Below the pieces are notes generated by a model that saw nothing but the letters and a program-made list of their open reading frames with translations, did not search any database and was not told the DNA's origin. A stretch of DNA of 64,000 nt from the human T2T-CHM13v2.0 reference genome, Homo sapiens. Location: NCBI RefSeq assembly GCF_009914755.1, contig NC_060930.1, one strand, 5' to 3'. Below, in pieces: positions 56,801 to 64,000 of the stretch. The stretch's first letter is position 1; each line of letters opens with the position of its first letter. A program made the translations under genes and the position numbers.

Positions 56801-57189
56801 ATGGAGAGAATTTGGCTTCATTCACGTAATAGTGCTTAATTTCAAGGTCAAGCATTACCTTTAAACTCTGTTACGGTAATGCTTATCACTGCTTTTCTGC
56901 CTATTAATATTGTAGCAAAAGTATTTGCAATTCTTTAAAGGAAGGCCTCTATTTCATTCCCTGTTTCTTTCCCAGTCTCCTCTTCTTTTTCTGCTTTCCT
57001 TTCTTATTTTCTCTTCTCCTCTACTCTAGTTAGATCAATTAGATTGTTTATCAAAGTTGGCACAAATTCACTTCCCATGATTATGTGGCAGAGATAAAAA
57101 TTCTAGGCATAATAAACCACTTCCCTTCATAGATGAGTTTTTGCAGGCAATCTATTTGTTCATGGTGTCAGAACAAAATGTGGAGAAGC

Positions 57190-57371
57190 ACAATACTGAG
57201 TGAACTGGCTTTGATCCAGTCTCTGATGTTATTTAGCTGAGTAAAAATATCTGAGTCTATGAAATACCTTTTCATGTCTTCTAAGGCAGAGATAATCCCT
57301 ATTTCATTGGATTTGCTTGAAATAAGAAAGGGATTATTACATGAAAAATTTTTTAAAACTGTTATTATTAT
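57190..57371 (+). mobile_element. MIR SINE
   Basis: 'ACTGGCTTTGATCCAGTCTCTG..TTTAGCTGAGT..TTTCATGTC..ATTATTAT'. Confidence 0.5.
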
Positions 57372-57718
57372 TATGTTAGTCCATTTGTGCTTCTAAAGCA
57401 GAGTACCTGAGATTGGGTAACTTACAAGAACAGAAATATACTTTTTCTCACAGTTCTGGAGCCTGGTATTTCCAAGATCAAGGTGCTAGGAGGTTCAGTT
57501 GTCTGGTGTGAGCTGCAGCCTCAGGAAGGGAGGAATATTGTGTCCTCACGTGGTCAAAGAGCAAAAGAGCAATCTTTCTGAAAGCTATGTGAAGCCCCTT
57601 TAGTAAGGGCCTTAATCTCTTTCACAAGAGAGAAGCTGGAGAAGCTGCCATGGCCTAACCACCTCTTAATACATTAGTAACACCTGAATTTTGGAGGGGA
57701 CATATTCTAATACTAGCA
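57372..57718 (-). mobile_element. MaLR solo LTR (MSTC/D-like)
   Basis: 'TATGTTAGTCCATTTGTG..GAGTACCTGAGATTGGGTAA..CTCACAGTTCTGGAG..CCAAGATCAAGGTGC..CTAGCA'; 5-bp TSD ATTAT 57367-57371 / 57719-57723. Confidence 0.85.
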
Positions 57719-58199
57719 ATTATCATCACTCATAAGTGATTAAGGCAAAGGTGGAGCATCAGCAGAGAGGAAGGGAATTAATTGGATATTTGTTTATTAA
57801 TTTGTAAATAGCCAGATGATATAATGAGAAAGCTTGTGTATTAGTGATTACAAGTTTAATGCTGTTGGCAAATTGTATATATGTGTGTGTATACCTACAT
57901 GTATATCTGTCTATATATATTGACATATATATATATATATGTATATATTGGTTTATAACTGTGTTCAACTATAATCATTTCAGATAGAAAAAGAGATGTT
58001 TCCAAAATAAAAGTTTCTGTAATGTGGCATTCTGCTTTGAGCTTCTTTTCTTTGGTGCTGTGATCTATTTTAGTAAATGCACATAGGTGACTAAATTGAA
58101 TTTACAACAAATCTTATGTGGAAATAGGGCAGGCAATTTTCATCTGAAAGTTAGTAAGGGGCTGTATTCCCCAGGTGAGGTGTCAGATTGCCACAAGCT

Positions 58200-58390
58200 C
58201 TATCAGTTACTAGTTGTGTGAATTTGACAAGTGATTGAAACTTTATGAGTCCCAGTTTCTGCATCTGTAGAATGGGGATAAAAATAGTATCTATTTCTTA
58301 GAATTCTTATATAGATTGAATAAGATAATAAATGTACAGCATTTAGAACAATCTCTGTCAAGCAGTAAATGGTCATGTTACTTATTACCA
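58200..58390 (+). mobile_element. MIR SINE
   Basis: 'TTACTAGTTGTGTGAATTTGACAAGTGATT..CCCAGTTTCTGCATCTGTAGAATGGGGATAA'. Confidence 0.8.
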
Positions 58391-58899
58391 TTCTCACAAT
58401 TTTCAGCATAGATCTTCAATAATGCTTTAGAATATAAGACTCTCTTTGCCAGATTTTCTGTCCTTTTGCCTCTTTCCTACCCAACGCTATTATCCCTTTA
58501 TTATCCTGTCTTCATCTCTTCCACTGCTGGAAACAGATAATATCTTGACTATAGTAGCTGAAAAACATGACTCCCTCACGTCACCGGGTCACCAGTGGGA
58601 GCTGAATTGTTTAAATATGAATGATGGAACTGAAGGAGCATGAGCAAACTTCAGGGTATTTCATTGTTAGCTGTGGTGTTTGACAGATGTTTGTAGAGTC
58701 CTTCCATTTGAAATGTCTTTCTAGGTTGAATTAAAGATTACAGGTGATGTTCACAGATCTCTACCTCATAAAGAGTTTGGCAGATAAATAGGCACCTTAC
58801 AAATATTGCAACTTCTAAGACAGCTTATCTGAGTATTGTATGGCAAGCTTCATTTGTGGGGCATACTGTTTTCATAATAGCACCCATCCCCACCTTGCT

Positions 58900-59750
58900 G
58901 ATACTCCCAATATTCTCTACCCTTTATCACATTATATATTTAACTTATTTGATTTCTAAAATTTCTATCTCTTCCTTCTCTTACTCAATCTTCATGAAGA
59001 CAATGACTTTTGACTGCTTTCCTAACTAGTTTATTCTCAGAACTTATGAAAGTGTTTGGCACCTAATGGGTATATGAAGTTAGAAATGCTTCTAAAAATT
59101 AATAACACAAATACCAGTTTATTTTTTACAAAGACTTTACACTTTCTTTGACTCATCTAAGAGTACTATTCATTCATTCACTCAACACTTACTACTTGGT
59201 GTGTTATTGGTACCTCAAATTCAACATGCCCCAAACTGAACTCAATGTTTCCTCTGAAATTTATTCATTCACATCTTCCCATCTGAGCTAATGTCAAACT
59301 ATTTTTCCTGTTGCTTAGATCAGAAACCCTGGAGCCATTCTTGATTTCTTTCTTCTCTCATAATTATATATCCCTTCCCAAAGCAATGCTATTCTCAAAA
59401 TATTTCCAGATTTTAAACAACTGTCATCACCTCCAATGCTATCATAATGAAGGCCAGCATCTTCTCCTGCCTGGATTGTTGCAAAACATTAACTGGCCTC
59501 CCTGCTTCCACCCTTTTCCCTGGACAAATTAAGCTGTGAAATGAATGCATTTCATTCAGAACAAAACCCAGGCCCTTACAAAGATTTGCAAGCTCCGTCA
59601 CCTCATTTTATCTTAAACTGCTTAACTACTCACTTACTCCGCTCCCAGCTATATTGGACTCTACTATTTTAGGATCTTACCAAACATACTTATTACAGGG
59701 CTATTTTGTTGTTTTTACATATTGACATGGAAAGCTCTTTCTCCAAATTT
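58900..59750 (+). mobile_element. L2 LINE relic(s)
   Basis: 'GTACCTCAAATTCAACATGCCCCAAACTGAACTC..CAGAAACCCTGGAGCCATTCTTGATT..CCTGGATTGTTGCAA..AACTGGCCTCCCTGCTTCCA'. Confidence 0.75.
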
Positions 59751-60344
59751 TTGCAGGGGATTTCTTCTAAAAGCAAATAGATTTAAAATAAAATTTTACC
59801 TGTGGCTTTTAGAAATACAGTCTTTTTATTTACAAAATGAAACAGATATTTCCTTTATTTTTCATAGTCTTGCAGAAATAATATACACGGATGTTAGGTT
59901 AGATATTATTCAGATCCTAAAATTACACTAGTAATTAGGCTGTAAGTAATTACGCTGGAAAAGGCTAAAAGGGCCAGATATGTCATTTATAAAATAAACC
60001 GACTGTAAGGGAAATCTGTATTGATTTAGCATTACTCACTGGACCTGTGTTTCTCACATTTAAAGCATCTCTCTCTGCTACCTTGTAAAAGAATACACTA
60101 GATCCTTTGGGTTAGTTTTCTATTTTTAAAATCAATTATTGGACAATTGGCTGCCAAAAAGTAGAAGTTAAAAACTGTTTCTGAAGTTTTGCAAATGAAA
60201 ATCTATATCTACAAATAATATCGTTTCATTGTTGATGTTGATATGGACAGATTTACAGTCTCAATGTTTATGAGAGCTTTATGACTGACATTACAATGTA
60301 TTGCTGAGTGTACTTTCTAGGGCCACACACCTGTATTTGCATCC

Positions 60345-60540
60345 TCTTGGCTATGTATGAGCTGTGGAGTCCATAGAAGTAGTTTTAACTCTCACTTTCC
60401 TTGTCTGTTAAATAGAGATGATAATAGTAAATTCCTCATAGGATCTTTAGGAATATTAGGAGGGAGTTAACAAATGCAATACTCTTACAAGTGTGCTGGC
60501 TTACACAGTTATGTGCTCAGAAAATGATATTTTTTATTAT
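60345..60540 (+). mobile_element. MIR SINE
   Basis: 'TTTCCTTGTCTGTTAAATAGAGATGATAATAGTAA..CCTCATAGG..GTGCTCAGAAAATG'. Confidence 0.7.
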
Positions 60541-60747
60541 ATCAATGACCCTTTCTTCTTTTCCTAAGGGAAACATGTCACAAATGCCTATGAGAGTTTG
60601 AAAAAACCTGTGGTTTTTCCCCGCAAATAATTTCATTCAAACACTCACACAATATTTTATATACAATTTCCACAGATATGCAGAGGCCCCTGAAGCTTCC
60701 TCCTGGATCACCAAGTGTCCATATATCCCTTATTAAAAAGTCTTGCT

Positions 60748-63700
60748 TAAGATGGCAAATTTTAACCCAAACATATCAACAACCATATTAAATGTGAATG
60801 GTATAACCATAGCAGTTAGAAGACAGAGATTACCATATCATATAAAAAGCAAGGTCCAATTAAATGTCATCTACAAGAAACCCACTTTAAGAAATCTAAA
60901 CACATACTAATTAAAATAAAAAGGTTGAAAAAGTTATACCATGTGTATGGAAATGGCTTAACTCAGCAGGCCTGGGTTATTCAAACCCTACATATTTCCA
61001 AGAAATTTGCATTTATGACTGGCCCTTGGTCAATTCCTAGAAACCAAGTTCTTGGAATGATATGTCTAATATGGATATTTTTGCAAGACTGAGACCTTGG
61101 GCTATGCTGTATCAGTTTTCAAGATAGTTTATGCAAACAATGTGACATATGGTGAACACCTGCTTTTCCTCTGAGGATCTGGATCTTGAGAAACTGAGGC
61201 TAGTTACACAGGTGCTGTATGCCCACAAAAAAAAAAAAAAAAAAAAAAGACTTTCCAATGAAACCTGGACTACCAAGTTTGGGTTAGCTTTTCTGGTTGA
61301 CATCTCTTTAAACCTGTTGTCAGATACCATTTCTGAAGGAATTAAATGTGTTCTGTGTGAATCTACTGATAAAGGGCAATTAGAAGTTTTACCTGGTTTC
61401 CTTTGAATTTCAACTTGTGTGCCTTTTCACTTCACTGATTTTACTCTGAATATTTTAATTGTAATAAACTGTAACTATGATTATAAGAACTTCTGAGACC
61501 TGTGGGTCTTTCTAATGAATCATTGTGGCTGAGGGATGTCTTGTGTACCCTTAACACACTGTCTAAACTCTAACAAAAAGAAGGTTGGATTTGCCATATA
61601 GTATCAAAATAAACTCCAGAACAATGACTTTATTAGAGGTGCAACAGGATTATATAATTAACAAGGGATAATTATTTAAGAAGACGTATGTTATGTGCAT
61701 ACCTAACATCTGAGTTTAAAAATAAGTAAAGTAAAAGCTGACTTAAGTAGATAAATAGATAAATTTATAATTTAAGCAGATAAATAGATACATTTATAAT
61801 TATTGTTGAAGATGTCAGTACTCCTAGTTGAAGGACACAAAGTTCATAAACACAAATCTATTTTATTTCTATATAAATGGGAATTTAGCACAATGGGAAT
61901 TTAGCACAATGGAATCTTTAACAATGTGGTATCTATATGCTGAATACTGCAAAATATTGAAGAAATAAATATTAAAGGACCAAAATAAACCAAGATTTAT
62001 ATCATGTTACTGAATTAGAAGACTCAGTATATTCAAGGTGTCAATTTACCTCAATGTGTTCTATGGAATCAATATAATTCCAATGAAAATTAGAGCAGAT
62101 TTATTCTTTTTGAAAAATAAACAAGCTTATCCTAAAATTTATACAGGAAAACAAGTGACTAAAATAGCCAGAACAACTTAGACAAAGAAAAAGAATTTGA
62201 AGGACTCACATTATTCAATACTGATGGCTTACTATAAAGCTGTTCTATTTAAGATACTGTAGCATTGGTGAAAGTATGGTTACATACATCAATGAAGTGG
62301 AATAGAGGGCTCATAAATAGACCCGCACAAATAAATCCAATTGTGATTTGGACAAAAGTGCAACAGTAGTACAAGAAAAAGTAGTATATTTAAAAAATGG
62401 TACTGAAAATATTGGATAACCATTTATCAAAAATTGAACTTCAACATGTCACACCTGTACAAAATTAAAGTTCAAATAGATTATATGTCTAAATATAAAT
62501 CATAAAAATATAAAACTTCTAGGATCAAAGGTGGGTGAAAATCTGTGCAAGTTTGCATAAGGCAGATGTTTTAAAATATAACATCCAAAGCAGGATTCAT
62601 TTTCAAAAATGGTAACCAAGACTTCATCTGAATACAGAAATTCTGCCAGGTGAAAGACACTGTTCAGAGAATGAAAAGGTTAGGCACAGACTGGAGAAAA
62701 TATTTTCAAGTGATATATCTGAGAAAGGATTATAACCAAAATATCTAAAGAACTCTTAAAAATCAACAATTAGAAAACATAGAAAACAAACAACACAGCT
62801 AAAAATAAATAGGATAGCGTTCTGAGCAGAAACATTACCAAAGAAGGTATGTGGATGGACAATAAGCATACAGGAAATGCTCAATTTTATTTGCCTTAGG
62901 GAAATGGAAATCAAACCCACAATAAGCTACCACAACACAACTATTGGAATGGCAAAACCAAAACAAAACAATCAATTAAATAAGCAAACAAAACTCTGAC
63001 ATTATCAAATTCTGGCAAGAATTCCAAACAACCAGAACTCTTATTCATTTGTGGCAAGAATAAAAAATGATACAGCTACTTTGTAAAATACGGTGAGGAG
63101 TTTATCATGAAGTTAAACAAAACTTTACTATACAACACAAAAATTCTATTTCTGGAGCTTGACCCTAAATAAAAAGTCTGCATTCTCAAAAATATTCATA
63201 CATGAATTTTTAGAGCAGCATTATTTGTTGTCACCAAAAGCTACAAACAGCCAATATATTCTTTAACAGGTGAAGGGATAATAAACTATGAAACACCTAC
63301 ACACTGAAAGACACTGTAGCAGTAAAAATAAATATACTGTCAATTTGCACAATAACATGGATGCATGTTGAATGTATTTTTCTAAGTGAAATAAATCAGA
63401 CCTAACAGGCTACATTATATGATTCAATTTTTTGTCATTTTGGAAAAGGCAAAATTGTAAAAACAGGAGATATTAGTTGTTGCCAGTGGTTGTAATGGTA
63501 GAAGACTTTACTATAAAAGGGCAGCACAAAAAAAATTTGAGGTGATAAAATAGTTCTATGTGGTACTGTGAGGGTAATTATAGAACCATAAGTGGTGTAA
63601 AACCTCATAAATCTGGACATAAAGGAGAGTAAATTTTAATGTCTGCAAATTTTAGAAAGTTAACCAGGATTTGGGGAAAATCAAAGATGAAATGCAGATT

Positions 63701-64000
63701 GCAACAATGATTCTAACTGCATTATAAATAAATGACATAACACATTGAAGAAGGTGGGAAAGAAAAGGAGTGGATCTAGAAACTTTGGAAAACTGTTTTC
63801 ACTGAATACTATAAGGCTAATGATGAAGAGAATAATCTAAAAAAACTGAAGTCTAGGTGGTAAGTTCTGAAACTACTTTACCACACCATAACAAATGTAG
63901 ACACCTATAATGAGAAACAGGTGTACCACTGTTGGGAAAATAAGTTACAAATAAGGAGAGACCTTTGCACAGGAAAGGCATTAAAGCTGAGAGTTAAATG
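60748..64000 (+). mobile_element. L1MC3/4-like LINE-1 relic (ORF2 EN start, internal deletion near 61820, RT, 3'UTR); runs to window end
   Basis: 'ATATTAAATGTGAATGG..CTACAAGAAACCCACTTTAA' EN start; 'TTACTATAAAGCT' ORF2; L1MC-type 3'UTR after 63350. Confidence 0.75.
60944..61558 (+). mobile_element. ERVL solo LTR (MER77/MER68-like) nested in L1MC
   Basis: TG...CA ends; 'TTAACTCAGCAGGCCTGGGTTATTCAAACCCT..GATAGTTTATGCAAACAATGTGA..GGTGAACACCTGC..GTAATAAACTGTAAC'. Confidence 0.7.

Noticed and set aside
61227-61248. Long A run inside the MER77-like LTR
   Set aside because: No TSD visible, so orphan poly(A) retroposition cannot be told apart from slippage

Overview
AT-rich primate genomic DNA (probably human or great ape, given AluS and L1PA2/L1PA4-type elements) that looks intronic or intergenic. 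I could not identify a protein-coding gene. Nearly all ORFs in the track come from Alu or L1, or are chance ORFs. The window is mostly interspersed repeats: Alus (two of them monomers), a ~6 kb L1PA16-like element, an internally deleted L1PB, several truncated or inverted L1PA copies, old L1M/L2/L3/MIR relics, MaLR/ERVL solo LTRs and a U6 retrocopy. One 53-nt candidate exon has canonical splice signals (4181-4233, +). The most interesting structures are products of retrotransposition. (1) A TSD-bounded L1PA4-like inversion/deletion 'mini-L1' (46061-47012): the inverted 5'UTR places the antisense-promoter region and an open, extended ORF0 directly upstream of the L1 3'UTR and poly(A) signal. 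(2) A probable L1 3' transduction that carried an ancient L2 fragment into a younger L1PA16. (3) A tailless, 3'-truncated U6 retropseudogene with a TSD. (4) A classic twin-primed L1. (5) A GAA/GGA-type expansion in an Alu central linker. Subfamily calls come from remembered consensus sequences and boundaries of old repeats are approximate; RepeatMasker/Dfam would refine both.
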